From a virus, in IMG/VR virus record IMGVR_UViG_3300045988_065571: a DNA stretch of 64,000 nucleotides. One strand, given 5' to 3'. How positions within the stretch are numbered: position 1 is the stretch's first letter; every line of letters starts with the position of its first letter. Positions 9,704 through 19,612 of this stretch are shown here, piece after piece. The notes beneath the pieces are model-generated. The model did no database searches, was not told the DNA's origin, and saw only the letters and a program-made list of their open reading frames with translations. The position numbers and the translations under genes are program-made.

Positions 9704-10420
9704 ATGGCTTATGAATCAGCAAAAACAATAACTGAACAGGGATTAGAATCCTTGGGAAGATACTATTCGGTGTACAGGGCTATGGTAGTTAATAACACAG
9801 ACCCTGATCATATGAATCGTATAAAGGTAGCTATACCAGAAGTAATGGGGGGAATAGTACTCTGGGCTTATTCAAAGGGTCAACATGGATCTACTGGGTC
9901 TGGCTTTAAAATGATGGCTCCTAAGAATGGTGATATAGTATATATTACCTTTGAATATGGAGATCCTAGTAAACCTCTGTGGGAATATCATGGTTGGGCT
10001 CAAAACCAAATACCCGATATCCTGGATGATCCTGATACTATGGGTATAGTTACACCTAATGGGAATAGAATCTGGTTAAATGATAAAGATGGATCACTCA
10101 AGATGTACTTATATGGGTCTGCTACTATTTACGCCGAAGGCCCAGTAAGTATAAATTCTAAAGCTCAAGCCTATGTGAATGCCTCAAAGGTTATAGTGAA
10201 CCAAGGTAATAATGATGGTATAATCAATATCAATGAATTAACCCAGAAACTAAACCAATTAGTTTCAGAGATAGAATCATTAAAAGCTCAATATAATTCT
10301 CATACCCACTCTGGTATTCAATCGGGACCTGCAGTTAGTGGACCTGTTATTACTCCAGTCACGAAACCATTTTCTACTTTTAATAAAACAGATTATGAGG
10401 ATTCTAAATTTGTACACTAA
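9704..10420 (+). CDS. baseplate central spike (gpV / gp5 / VgrG OB-fold type)
   Basis: N-terminal YRAMVVNNTDPDHMNRIKVAIPEVMGG...WAY motif typical of gpV/Vgr spikes. Position after the hub. Confidence 0.7.
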   Translation: MAYESAKTITEQGLESLGRYYSVYRAMVVNNTDPDHMNRIKVAIPEVMGGIVLWAYSKGQHGSTGSGFKMMAPKNGDIVYITFEYGDPSKPLWEYHGWAQNQIPDILDDPDTMGIVTPNGNRIWLNDKDGSLKMYLYGSATIYAEGPVSINSKAQAYVNASKVIVNQGNNDGIININELTQKLNQLVSEIESLKAQYNSHTHSGIQSGPAVSGPVITPVTKPFSTFNKTDYEDSKFVH

Positions 10421-10845
10421 TGGCAAATAACTTATACACTAATGTTATCGGTATTGGGCCTTTGTTTCCAATACGGATTACTGAGAATGAAAAGGGAGAG
10501 AAAGGTTGGTATCCCGTAAACGGAGATATTGAACTTGTTCATAATAACCTATCTGCTCTCCTTTGGTATGATATAGGTCAAAGATTCAGGCAAGAAGATT
10601 TTGGTACTAGGCTATGGGAATGTATAGAAGAACCTAATACTCAGGCTTTAGCTTTCTTGGTAAAGGATTTCTTAAAGAAAGCCATCTCTACCTATGAAAC
10701 TAGGATTACTTTTAAAAGTCTGAATATGAGGTTAGAGGGTACCAAACTTTTCATCGAAATGAATTATGTAATTAATCAAACTGGTAGCCAACAGGTATTG
10801 GGTATTAGTTATGATAGGTCTGAAAATATTTTAAAACCTTACTAA
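10420..10845 (+). CDS. baseplate wedge protein gp25/gpW-like
   Basis: 141 aa. GIGPLFPIR... start and overall gp25-like layout. Start overlaps the upstream stop (TAATG). Confidence 0.75.
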   Translation: MANNLYTNVIGIGPLFPIRITENEKGEKGWYPVNGDIELVHNNLSALLWYDIGQRFRQEDFGTRLWECIEEPNTQALAFLVKDFLKKAISTYETRITFKSLNMRLEGTKLFIEMNYVINQTGSQQVLGISYDRSENILKPY

Positions 10846-10846
10846 T

Positions 10847-12565
10847 ATGATAACGAATAAATGGCTAAACCCTTATCAGAGATCCTTTCAACAGATTAAA
10901 GCTAAGTTGATTGAATCTCTTACTACTATCAAGGATAAGAATGGTCAGACCCTTATCACGGATTATTCCGAAGGTAATATTCTGATAATTATCCTATCTT
11001 TGTTTGCAGCTATTGCTGAAGTACTTCATTATTACATTGATAACGTAGGTAGGGAATCTTTCTTATCCACGGCTCGGCGTTATGATAGTGTAGTAAAGCA
11101 TGGCTTATTGGTAGATTATCATCCAAGAGGAGCAGTAGCTGCTTCAGTAGATGTAATCCTAACCCGTGATCTTACAGGTAGTAATATTGCTTCTAGGTTA
11201 ACTATCCCAAAAGAAACCCTCTTTACAGATGTTAACGGTAACTCCTGGCTTTCTGCTAGAGATGTAACTTGGTATGCTAATGTTACTACTTGTAAAATAC
11301 CCCTGATTCAACATGAGAAATATAATCAATCTGGGTTGTCAGGATTAGTAATACCTTCCGAAGGTAGACCCGAAATCACAATAGGTAAATTACCTGATGG
11401 TAAATACTATGAGCATGGTACAATGCAATTATCCATCGATGGAACTACTTGGACTTTAGTAGATACCTTTGCTTATTCTAAGCCTTCGGATAAACATTTC
11501 ATGGTAACTGTCAATGCTAGTCAAGTTGCTGTAATAGTATTTGGAGATGGTACTTTTGGTTCTATACCTTCTGCAGGTCAAAAGATAACATCGGCAAGCT
11601 TTTATATCACCACAGGTATTCAGGGTAATGTACCAGCTGGTTCTATTGTACAAACTCCAGCTATAGTAAAAGCTTCTATATCTGAGGCTACTACTAGTAA
11701 TCAATATGCTGCAGGAGGAGGTTCTAGTTATGAGAACTTTGGTATGTTAAAAGAACACATACCCTTGAGTGTTAAAACTCTTGGAGTAGCTGTAAGCAAA
11801 CAGGACTTCGTAGATTTGGCAATGTTAGTTGATGGAGTGAATAAAGCTGCAGTAGATTATGAATGTGGTAGAAAGCTTACTGTATATATCAGTGCTGATA
11901 ATGGAGGAGTAGCTGATTCGGCTATGATAAACAAAGTTTATACTCAACTATCACAGAGAGCTCCTTTAACTACTTGGCTTCAAGTTAAATCTGCAGGATT
12001 AGTAGATATAACTCTAGAGATAGAAGTAACTGGTAAGAAATCTTATAAGACCAACGAAATCCAGGCTCAAGTTCTGAATGCCCTATACAATGCCTATTCT
12101 ATTGAGAACTCAGAGATTGGGGGCAAAGTAAGAATCTCCGATATCTATGCCCTGATAGATAATCTATCTACGGTAGATTACTTACACATAAAGAAGTTTT
12201 ATATCAAACCCTGGCCTGTTACAATATATGGTAATAAAGAATTACTTCTTGGTCAGTTTAAATTAGAGAAGGCTAACGGCTCTATGACTTACTTCATAAA
12301 CTTTACTGGAAGTAATTCATATACTGTAAAAGCTTCAAGTGGAGGATTCCAAACTACTGGTTCCGTAGGTAGTACTATAAACATTACCGATAAGAATAAT
12401 GGTATCACTTTCTCTTTGGACATACAAGCAAACGGTTATCAGCAAGGATATCGTTATTCTATTACTATCTCAGAACCTAATATGGATTATGAAGATCCTG
12501 GTTATAATTTACCCGTATTCCAAAAATCTTCTCAATTGACACTAACCGTTAACGAAACTGTTTAA
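10847..12565 (+). CDS. baseplate J-like protein (gp6/gpJ family)
   Basis: 572 aa after the gp25-like gene. N-terminal TDYSEGNILIIILSLFAAIAEVLHYYIDNVGRESFLSTA matches the Baseplate_J pattern. Confidence 0.75.
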   Translation: MITNKWLNPYQRSFQQIKAKLIESLTTIKDKNGQTLITDYSEGNILIIILSLFAAIAEVLHYYIDNVGRESFLSTARRYDSVVKHGLLVDYHPRGAVAASVDVILTRDLTGSNIASRLTIPKETLFTDVNGNSWLSARDVTWYANVTTCKIPLIQHEKYNQSGLSGLVIPSEGRPEITIGKLPDGKYYEHGTMQLSIDGTTWTLVDTFAYSKPSDKHFMVTVNASQVAVIVFGDGTFGSIPSAGQKITSASFYITTGIQGNVPAGSIVQTPAIVKASISEATTSNQYAAGGGSSYENFGMLKEHIPLSVKTLGVAVSKQDFVDLAMLVDGVNKAAVDYECGRKLTVYISADNGGVADSAMINKVYTQLSQRAPLTTWLQVKSAGLVDITLEIEVTGKKSYKTNEIQAQVLNALYNAYSIENSEIGGKVRISDIYALIDNLSTVDYLHIKKFYIKPWPVTIYGNKELLLGQFKLEKANGSMTYFINFTGSNSYTVKASSGGFQTTGSVGSTINITDKNNGITFSLDIQANGYQQGYRYSITISEPNMDYEDPGYNLPVFQKSSQLTLTVNETV

Positions 12566-12566
12566 T

Positions 12567-15053
12567 ATGATAGACCTTAAGAAACTTATAGATTTTCTAC
12601 CTTTTGAATATAAGGACCAAGATACTTATAAGGTAGATGGAAAGGGTATCTTAGAAAGGTTCCTAGAAATTTGTGGAGGTTATTTTCAAGATAATATATC
12701 CGCAGATATTGAGAGTTTACTAGGAATAACCGACTTTGATACCTGCCCGGAGATTTATTTGAATTATCTTTGGGAAAGCTTTGGGCAATTACCTTTTGCA
12801 CGATGGAATAACATTGATGAGGAGGCTTTTAAAACTTATTATAATGGGCTGTTAAGTGAGGCTGAATTAAATAGCCTTAAATCTAAATGGATTTTACCTA
12901 AGAATGGAGCTTTAGCCTTATCTACTAAACAGATAAGAAATTTACTCAAGTACTCTATATCTTTGATAAAGATACGAGGTACTTCTCAGTTCTTTGAGAT
13001 ATTGTTTAGAATGTATGGGTTAAACTGTACCATTGATGACCCTGCTAAATCGGGATACGATGGTTGGTTAAAAACTCATCCTTACTTTGACCAAGATCAG
13101 TACTATGATAAATCTAACTTTGATAACATCTATGGCTGTAGTCAATGTATCAATGTAACTTTCCATATAACTGGTCACGGTTATTCAAGTAACTCAGGAG
13201 AATTTATCGAATTCAGAAAAGCTATAGAGAATATAATCGATAGGTTTAAACCTTATCATGTAGGGGCTACTATTGATTATGGTTTTAAGGTAGAAGATGG
13301 TTATAAAATAACTGCCGAATTCGTAGACCCTAATATAAATGTAATCCAACCTGGGTATATAAACTTGGTACCTATCAAGGTAACCGTTTCTAGCAATTAT
13401 CAGAATGCCGATTTAAGATATCAAGTATCTGGAGATGGAAATACTTGGGGATATAAGAAATATGAAAATGGTACTATCTTTAATGCTACTGTGGGAAATC
13501 AAACCTATTACTTCAGAAGTGTAGGAGATCCAACCAAAATCGCCCAAATAAGAGTAGGACTGAAAGAGGTAGTAAAATCTTATAATATTTCTGTTAGCCC
13601 AACTACTTCGCATATCACTCCTGCTAATAAGGAAGTTACTGCTACAGTAACTGCTACTCTATATCAGGATGGCAAACAAACTCCAGTAAATGTTCAATTG
13701 GTGGGGGAAACCGAAGTTAAGCCTTCTGGTTCAACTTATAAATTCAAGGAACCAGGTACTTATGAATTTCAGATTGTAGAATATCCAGTAAAAAGAGTTT
13801 CACTAGTTGTTACTAGGGAACCTAATAAGTATAAGGTTAAATGTACTCCGGAAGAATTTAAACTATCAAGCAATGTAACTAGTTTAGCTAAAACAGTATT
13901 AACCATTGAAGATGATTATGATGAAGAAGACTTGGAATGCTACTTGATAGGTAAAGAGGATACCCAATATAAATCTGGGGATACCTTCCAAACATTTGGT
14001 ACTGGAGTTTATAAGTTTGCTTGTACTAAGGATACTTTAGAGAATTTAGATGGTATAGGTATATTCACTGTATATACCAGTATTTCTAAATTCACCTATC
14101 AACTATCCAAGGAATATCAAACTTTATCCTTGGAAATGGGAAGTGGTTCTGTAAACCAAGAGATATATTTATCAGTAACTCCTTCTGATGATCCAGATAA
14201 CCTCATAGATTATGGAGTTAGTATTTATTGTGATAATACTAAGTTAACCGATATTACTTTGAATAAATCGGGTAATGGTAAAGCTAGTGCTACCTATTCA
14301 TGTAATCGGTCTGGAAGTTATAGAGCTGTATGTAAAGGGGATCCCTCAGTTTATACTACATGGTCAGTATACAGTTATACTAAACCCGAAGATCCTTATA
14401 TTTATATTGAAGCTGTAAATCCTGCTGACCCTAATTGGGTATCCCCGAAAGATTGGGCTAACACTCCCAATAATCAAAAGGTAAATGTATCTTATCAACT
14501 TGCTGAAGGTAAATCTGCTACTATTAAAGTGATGCCTTTTGAAATAGATGAGTATGATTCAGTAATACTTAGGGAAACTGGAGCAGAATATAAATTTGAA
14601 GAGTCTATCACTTTAGATAAAGCTGGTACCTATACCTTTGTTGGTAAAGGTAATCAAGATAAAAAAGCTGTCTTAGTAATCAAAGATTATAACCTTGAAG
14701 TTAAGATAAGCTGTAGTCCTGAAAAAGCTACCTTAAGTGGCCAGGGTCAGGGAGAAGTATATACTACTGTGGTATGTTCTTCTAATCACAAGGATTTCGT
14801 AACAGATGTAAGATTAGTTGGCCAAGCTGATTCACATCCAGTACCCTATGAGTTTAGAACTTCTAATCCTGGTACTTATATATTTGAAGCTGTTAACAAA
14901 ACCGATGTAAGGTGTACATTTGAAGTTACTTTAGCTTTTGATGTACAACCCAATGAATTGGTTTGGAACTCTGATGATATTAGCAGTAAAACTTTTGAAA
15001 TAGACATACCAGAAAATACAGCATGGAGAATAACCCCGAAACCTCAGGAATAA
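12567..15053 (+). CDS. tail protein I-like N-terminus fused to five Ig-like repeats (distal baseplate / receptor-binding protein)
   Basis: 828 aa after the J-like gene. Repeated beta-sandwich ends: GTYEFQIVEYP, GVYKFACTKD, GSYRAVCKGD, GTYTFVGKGN, GTYIFEAVNK. Confidence 0.55.
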   Translation: MIDLKKLIDFLPFEYKDQDTYKVDGKGILERFLEICGGYFQDNISADIESLLGITDFDTCPEIYLNYLWESFGQLPFARWNNIDEEAFKTYYNGLLSEAELNSLKSKWILPKNGALALSTKQIRNLLKYSISLIKIRGTSQFFEILFRMYGLNCTIDDPAKSGYDGWLKTHPYFDQDQYYDKSNFDNIYGCSQCINVTFHITGHGYSSNSGEFIEFRKAIENIIDRFKPYHVGATIDYGFKVEDGYKITAEFVDPNINVIQPGYINLVPIKVTVSSNYQNADLRYQVSGDGNTWGYKKYENGTIFNATVGNQTYYFRSVGDPTKIAQIRVGLKEVVKSYNISVSPTTSHITPANKEVTATVTATLYQDGKQTPVNVQLVGETEVKPSGSTYKFKEPGTYEFQIVEYPVKRVSLVVTREPNKYKVKCTPEEFKLSSNVTSLAKTVLTIEDDYDEEDLECYLIGKEDTQYKSGDTFQTFGTGVYKFACTKDTLENLDGIGIFTVYTSISKFTYQLSKEYQTLSLEMGSGSVNQEIYLSVTPSDDPDNLIDYGVSIYCDNTKLTDITLNKSGNGKASATYSCNRSGSYRAVCKGDPSVYTTWSVYSYTKPEDPYIYIEAVNPADPNWVSPKDWANTPNNQKVNVSYQLAEGKSATIKVMPFEIDEYDSVILRETGAEYKFEESITLDKAGTYTFVGKGNQDKKAVLVIKDYNLEVKISCSPEKATLSGQGQGEVYTTVVCSSNHKDFVTDVRLVGQADSHPVPYEFRTSNPGTYIFEAVNKTDVRCTFEVTLAFDVQPNELVWNSDDISSKTFEIDIPENTAWRITPKPQE

Positions 15054-15592
15054 ATCAATATTACGATATGTATACTGAAACATCCACTACATCTATAGTA
15101 TCTAAAGGATTTACGGTAGCTTTTGCTACAGAGTGTATTAACTTATTATATGACCTTCGATGGATGATATTACTAGCATTCATATTAATAATTGCCGACT
15201 TCTGGTTTGGGATGAATGCTAGTAAATTTAAAGGCATACCCATTAGAAAATCTAGAGCTGGAAGAAGAACTTTTAATAAGATTATAGATTATATATGTTA
15301 CTTATTAATGGGAGCAGTTCTTGGTAAGGCTATTGGAGAACCTTATGGGTTAGATCCCCTAGTAGTATCTATAACTGTATTGGTAGTATGTTATGGATTC
15401 GAAGTAGATTCTATCTATGGTCACATATGTACATTACACGGAGTAGAAAAGAGATACAGTATCTGGAAGATACTCTGGTCTATAGTAACCTTGAAGTTCA
15501 ATAGTTTATCTGAAGCTTTCAAGGATATGTCAGAACAATCTAGGAATTATAAACAATCTAAAAACAATAGTAACAATGAAAACGTACTTTAA
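15023..15592 (+). CDS. holin-like membrane protein (start may be ATG 15068)
   Basis: 3 TM segments. The pattern ..ADFWFGMNASKFKG..IRKSRAGRRTFNKII.. and FEVDSIYGH resembles holin family 4-type proteins. The listed start overlaps the upstream gene by 31 nt. Confidence 0.45.
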   Translation: MENNPETSGINQYYDMYTETSTTSIVSKGFTVAFATECINLLYDLRWMILLAFILIIADFWFGMNASKFKGIPIRKSRAGRRTFNKIIDYICYLLMGAVLGKAIGEPYGLDPLVVSITVLVVCYGFEVDSIYGHICTLHGVEKRYSIWKILWSIVTLKFNSLSEAFKDMSEQSRNYKQSKNNSNNENVL

Positions 15593-16826
15593 ATATGAGG
15601 GTTTGATTAAATCCAAGGAGGCAGCAGAGGCAATTGCTGCCCCTGTTGCTCTTGGCCCCTTTTGTGGATTTGGCTCAGTTAAAGTATCTGGTAATAAATT
15701 ATCAGTTCAAGCTAAAGCCGAAAATGGTAAGGTATTCAAGAATGATGTAGCAGATAGAATTACTGCTAGGTATATGGTAAAGAATTCTGAAGATGGTGAA
15801 TCACCACAGATAAACTTCGGCTGTATTTCTAGAGATGGCTATATATTCATCTCGGATGATGAAGAGATTGTAGTAGATAATATCCAAGGGGCTCAAGGAG
15901 CTAATTCCGATATCTTCTTATTCGCAGTCCATCAAGAAGTATCGGAACCAATTGAAAACCCTATTACTTTCGTAGCATATTGGTCTTCATCTTATGAAAG
16001 CTTGTATACTCTGTATAAACAATCACAAAACCCTTACTATCCTTTAGCAGAAGACAAAATCTCTTGGGATATAGTAAAGAATAACCCAGCTTCACATGAG
16101 AAATTAAATTATACTTATCTTAATTCTCAGGTAGAGGGTGCTTGTGAACCCTACAGAAATAGTAAGAATACCATGGTACTGATTGGAGTATATGGTTCTG
16201 GTACTGATGCTAACACAAAAGAATCAGAGAACTATGCTATCATTCCATATGGGGGATGTTTTCCTCAACCTCTGCCTTTTAACTCAGCTTATAATGGTTT
16301 GATGACTCATTCTATTCAAAGAGTAGAACATGTACTGGAAGGCTTCGGAGGTAAAGATGACCAGACTAATGGCATAACTAATCTACAAGAATACCTTACT
16401 AATCTGAAGAAAGAACTCATAGAGATGATTAAAAACTCAGCTTCTTCAGTTCCAACTGGATTGATTGCTATGTTTTCGGGTACTACTCCTCCAGAGGGTT
16501 GGGCATTCTGTGATGGTATGTCTGGTAGACCTAATCTATTGGGTAGATTCGTAGTTGGTTATGATCCAAGTAATCAGGATTATAATACCATTGGTAACAT
16601 GGGGGGAGAAGCTTTAGTAACTCTTACTCTAGATCAGATACCACCACATAGTCATAAGATTACATTTAAAGAAGAGAAATGGGGAGATAATGCAAACAAT
16701 AGACCATTCCCCAATCATACTAAACCAGATTCAGGGTATTCGGCAGATACTCAAGTAACTGGTGGAGGTAGCCCTCATGAGAACAGACCTCCTTATTTCG
16801 TACTAGCTTATATCATTAAACTATAA
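15576..16826 (+). CDS. tail fibre protein with C-terminal phage tail-collar domain
   Basis: C-terminal GLIAMFSGTTPPEGWAFCDG...LLGRFVVGYD...GGEALVTLTLDQIPPHSH...GGGSPHENRPPYFVLAYIIKL is the collar-domain signature. Confidence 0.7.
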   Translation: MKTYFKYEGLIKSKEAAEAIAAPVALGPFCGFGSVKVSGNKLSVQAKAENGKVFKNDVADRITARYMVKNSEDGESPQINFGCISRDGYIFISDDEEIVVDNIQGAQGANSDIFLFAVHQEVSEPIENPITFVAYWSSSYESLYTLYKQSQNPYYPLAEDKISWDIVKNNPASHEKLNYTYLNSQVEGACEPYRNSKNTMVLIGVYGSGTDANTKESENYAIIPYGGCFPQPLPFNSAYNGLMTHSIQRVEHVLEGFGGKDDQTNGITNLQEYLTNLKKELIEMIKNSASSVPTGLIAMFSGTTPPEGWAFCDGMSGRPNLLGRFVVGYDPSNQDYNTIGNMGGEALVTLTLDQIPPHSHKITFKEEKWGDNANNRPFPNHTKPDSGYSADTQVTGGGSPHENRPPYFVLAYIIKL

Positions 16827-16934
16827 CCTTATATAAACTTTTAAAATTATTAGGGCTTTTATATTTAAAGAACAGCTAATCGCTTTCGTCCAACACACAA
16901 GTGGAATTCTTATTGGGAAATAAGTTACACTGGA

Positions 16935-16966
16935 AAGGGAACCTCATGCACTGGGTTCCCTTTTTT
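16935..16966. terminator. bidirectional intrinsic terminator between convergent genes
   Basis: 9-bp stem AAGGGAACC/GGTTCCCTT, 10-nt loop, then TTTTTT. Lies between the + gene ending at 16826 and the - gene ending at 16970. Confidence 0.7.
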
Positions 16967-16969
16967 ATG

Positions 16970-17629
16970 TTAGTAATGTAAGTCTTCTTTAGCTTTCTCT
17001 TCCCAATATCTTATATCTTCTTTAAGTTCTGAGATATATCTTACCGAAGATTTAGTTCTAGGCATATCAAAAAACTCTACTAATAAAATGTTAGTGATAC
17101 GAGAACCATCCTTGATTCTCTCTTTAATATAGGGAGGAGGACTAAGCAATATCTCGAAGATCAAATAAGCATCGGGAGATAGGTTCTTCTTCATATATTT
17201 ATATAACATATCAAGCATTTCTCCTTTAGCTTTCTCTTCTTCTGTATCATCTTCTAGTTCTTTATCATTATCGAATAAATCTTCTAATTGGTAAAGATTC
17301 TGATGATATTCTGCTCCCTCTCCATAAGCAGTTCTTAATAAATGATTCTTAAAGGTACTGAGAGAAGCTAGTATCCTTGCTTTTAAATGTTCTTCTTCAC
17401 AAGTACCGTAATATTTATTAAAGACAAATAACATCTTATCCCAGAAATAAGAACTTATGATATCGGGTGTAACATTAAACCTCCTATTATCAATTTGCTT
17501 AGTAAGACGTCTGATAACTGGTTTACAGATTTTATACATCCTATCAAAAGTTTCCTTATCATAATTTTCTTGCATAGGCTTCAACCTATGTATCTCTGAT
17601 CCGTTGTTGCCATTTTCTTTTATCTTCAT
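16970..17629 (-). CDS. hypothetical protein, possible sigma-factor-like transcription regulator
   Basis: Only minus-strand gene in the first 60 kb. Has its own promoter cassette. Weak sigma region-2-like stretch FDRMYKICKPVIRRL...DIISSYFWDKMLFVFNKY. Confidence 0.3.
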   Translation of the reverse strand: MKIKENGNNGSEIHRLKPMQENYDKETFDRMYKICKPVIRRLTKQIDNRRFNVTPDIISSYFWDKMLFVFNKYYGTCEEEHLKARILASLSTFKNHLLRTAYGEGAEYHQNLYQLEDLFDNDKELEDDTEEEKAKGEMLDMLYKYMKKNLSPDAYLIFEILLSPPPYIKERIKDGSRITNILLVEFFDMPRTKSSVRYISELKEDIRYWEEKAKEDLHY

Positions 17630-17652
17630 AAGTCTATGTTTAAAATGATATG

Positions 17653-17717
17653 CAAATATAAGTATAATAAATCAAATATAAAATAATATATTAATAAAGT
17701 TCACCTAGAAGCTGAGG
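17653..17717 (-). promoter_or_regulatory. promoter cassette for the minus-strand gene (CCTCAGC box plus -7 TATATTTG)
   Basis: On the minus strand, AATCCTCAGCT (plus-strand GCTGAGG 17711-17717) and TATATTTGCATA (plus-strand CAAATATA 17653-17660), about 24 nt upstream of the ATG. Confidence 0.6.
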
Positions 17718-17805
17718 ATTAGTGAGTACTAGGATGAGAGTCTATATGTACAACTCTAACCGAGACTATAGAAATCTATATGATTATACTTAATTATATT
17801 GCAAT

Positions 17806-19236
17806 ATGAAAAAAGATAATACCAAGTTTGAATTTGACACCAGCTTTCAATTAGAAATCCTAAGGTATCTCTTAAAGGATAAAGAGGGAGGTCTAATAAT
17901 CAAAAAGATTAAACCAAGTTACCTAGTTCTGATTGAGCATTCTTTAATTGCCGAGGGCATATTTAAGTTCTTCAAAAAGAAAAACAAGATGCCTTCTAAG
18001 AATATCCTTAAAGAAGTTATAAAAGAATTGCTTGAATCTAAAAATTATGTTGACCTGGTTACTAAGGATGATATACCCAATATCCATAAAATAATCGATG
18101 ACCTATATTCAAATCCTCTGAATGATTCAGAATACATTCGAGAAAAGATATATCAATTCTCTACCTATGTAGAGATGAAGAACTTGAATGATTCTTTCGA
18201 TTTAGATAACTTCGAACAATACGAAACTTATTCAAGGAAGATAGAAAAGATACTTCAAAATTCAAAACCTAAGAAGGATGATGAACCTATCTTCATGATA
18301 AGGGATATTACAGAAAGACAATTCAAACGTCAAGCAGAACCTTCCGTAATACCTTGTCCATTTAGACAACTTAATGATATTACCAATGCTGGAGGTTACC
18401 CAGAACATTCAGTAAATGTTATTCTCGATAAACCTAAAGCTAAGAAAACTTTCTTCATGGTAAACTTAGCAAGAGGTTATTTAAGAATGAAAAAATCGGT
18501 TTTATATGTAGATACAGAAAATGGTAAAGAACAAATCATGGACCGATTTATTCAATCCTCTATCAATAAAACTAAGAAGGAATTATACTCTGGTGAGTAT
18601 GACAAACTCGAAGCTAAACATCTTCGTAAACTTGCAAGATTTGGAGTTGAACTAGTAGTTGAAAGAGTTCCTGCCATGATTACGGATTGTAATTATATAA
18701 GGGAACTTATAATTAAGCTAAGAAACCAGGGTATCAATATTAAAGTACTGATGGTGGATTATGCAGGAAAGCTTGCTTCAATTGCCAGAGATAAAGAGGA
18801 TTTCGACCGTATATCGAATGTATATATCGATATTCAGAACCTAGCAGAAGAGATGGACTTAGATATTGTATGGACCGCTCATCATATTACCAGAGAGGGT
18901 AAGAAACATAGAACTACTAGATATGATGAGAATGATATTTCTGGTTCTATTGCAATTGTTCGTAATGCCCACGTAATAGTTGGTCTTAATTCTACTGAAC
19001 AAGAAGAAAAAGATGATATACTTCGTTGTGAATTAGTAGTACAAAGAGATGGTTTATCTAGTGGTAGAGCATTATTCAAATGCGATGTTGAAAGGCAAAG
19101 ATGTGTAGAGTTTACTAAAGAACAACGTAAACAGTACGATGAAATATATGGTGAGAAGCTCGAGGAATCTCTTAAGAAGAAAGGGAATCCAGATGCTAAC
19201 GAAGATAAGTATAACAATAAAAATGGAGATATATAA
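17806..19236 (+). CDS. DnaB-like replicative helicase homolog with atypical Walker A
   Basis: RecA-fold C-terminal half: Walker B VLMVDYAG, and DnaB H4-like ISGSIAIVRNAHVIVGL. The Walker A position reads DKPKAKKT, lacking the usual glycines. Confidence 0.55.
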   Translation: MKKDNTKFEFDTSFQLEILRYLLKDKEGGLIIKKIKPSYLVLIEHSLIAEGIFKFFKKKNKMPSKNILKEVIKELLESKNYVDLVTKDDIPNIHKIIDDLYSNPLNDSEYIREKIYQFSTYVEMKNLNDSFDLDNFEQYETYSRKIEKILQNSKPKKDDEPIFMIRDITERQFKRQAEPSVIPCPFRQLNDITNAGGYPEHSVNVILDKPKAKKTFFMVNLARGYLRMKKSVLYVDTENGKEQIMDRFIQSSINKTKKELYSGEYDKLEAKHLRKLARFGVELVVERVPAMITDCNYIRELIIKLRNQGINIKVLMVDYAGKLASIARDKEDFDRISNVYIDIQNLAEEMDLDIVWTAHHITREGKKHRTTRYDENDISGSIAIVRNAHVIVGLNSTEQEEKDDILRCELVVQRDGLSSGRALFKCDVERQRCVEFTKEQRKQYDEIYGEKLEESLKKKGNPDANEDKYNNKNGDI

Positions 19237-19253
19237 ACCTAAAATATGAGATT

Positions 19254-19610
19254 ATGATTAAGAGATTAGAAGGAATTCAAAAAGGTCAGAAGGTTTACTT
19301 AGTACCTTCAGATTCAAGATGTACCCCACAATATGCAGAAGTATATTCGGTGGGCCCCAAGTATATCAAGTTAACTGGAGTTAATATAAGTTTAAGGGAG
19401 TTCTTCTCTGAAGATGGAAGATCTGCTAAATGGGGAGGATGGGAACTTTTCCTTTCAAAGGAATCCTATGAAGAACATAAAGAATTACTTTCACTCAGGT
19501 CACAGGTAGTTACTTTATTTGAGCAAATGGTACTGAAATGCGAAGACCTAGATAAATTACGTAGGTTAAAGAAAAGATATGCCGAATATGATGACCCATT
19601 ACCCTTTTAA
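19254..19610 (+). CDS. hypothetical protein
   Basis: 118-aa ORF tightly packed between the helicase-like and primase genes. Confidence 0.6.
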   Translation: MIKRLEGIQKGQKVYLVPSDSRCTPQYAEVYSVGPKYIKLTGVNISLREFFSEDGRSAKWGGWELFLSKESYEEHKELLSLRSQVVTLFEQMVLKCEDLDKLRRLKKRYAEYDDPLPF

Positions 19611-19612
19611 CC

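Noticed and set aside
17791-17805. TATATTGCAAT immediately upstream of the helicase-like gene, as a possible promoter for a leaderless mRNA
   Set aside because: It is one T short of the TAnnTTTG consensus and has no -33 element. Its distance to the ATG would leave essentially no leader. It is kept only as a note.
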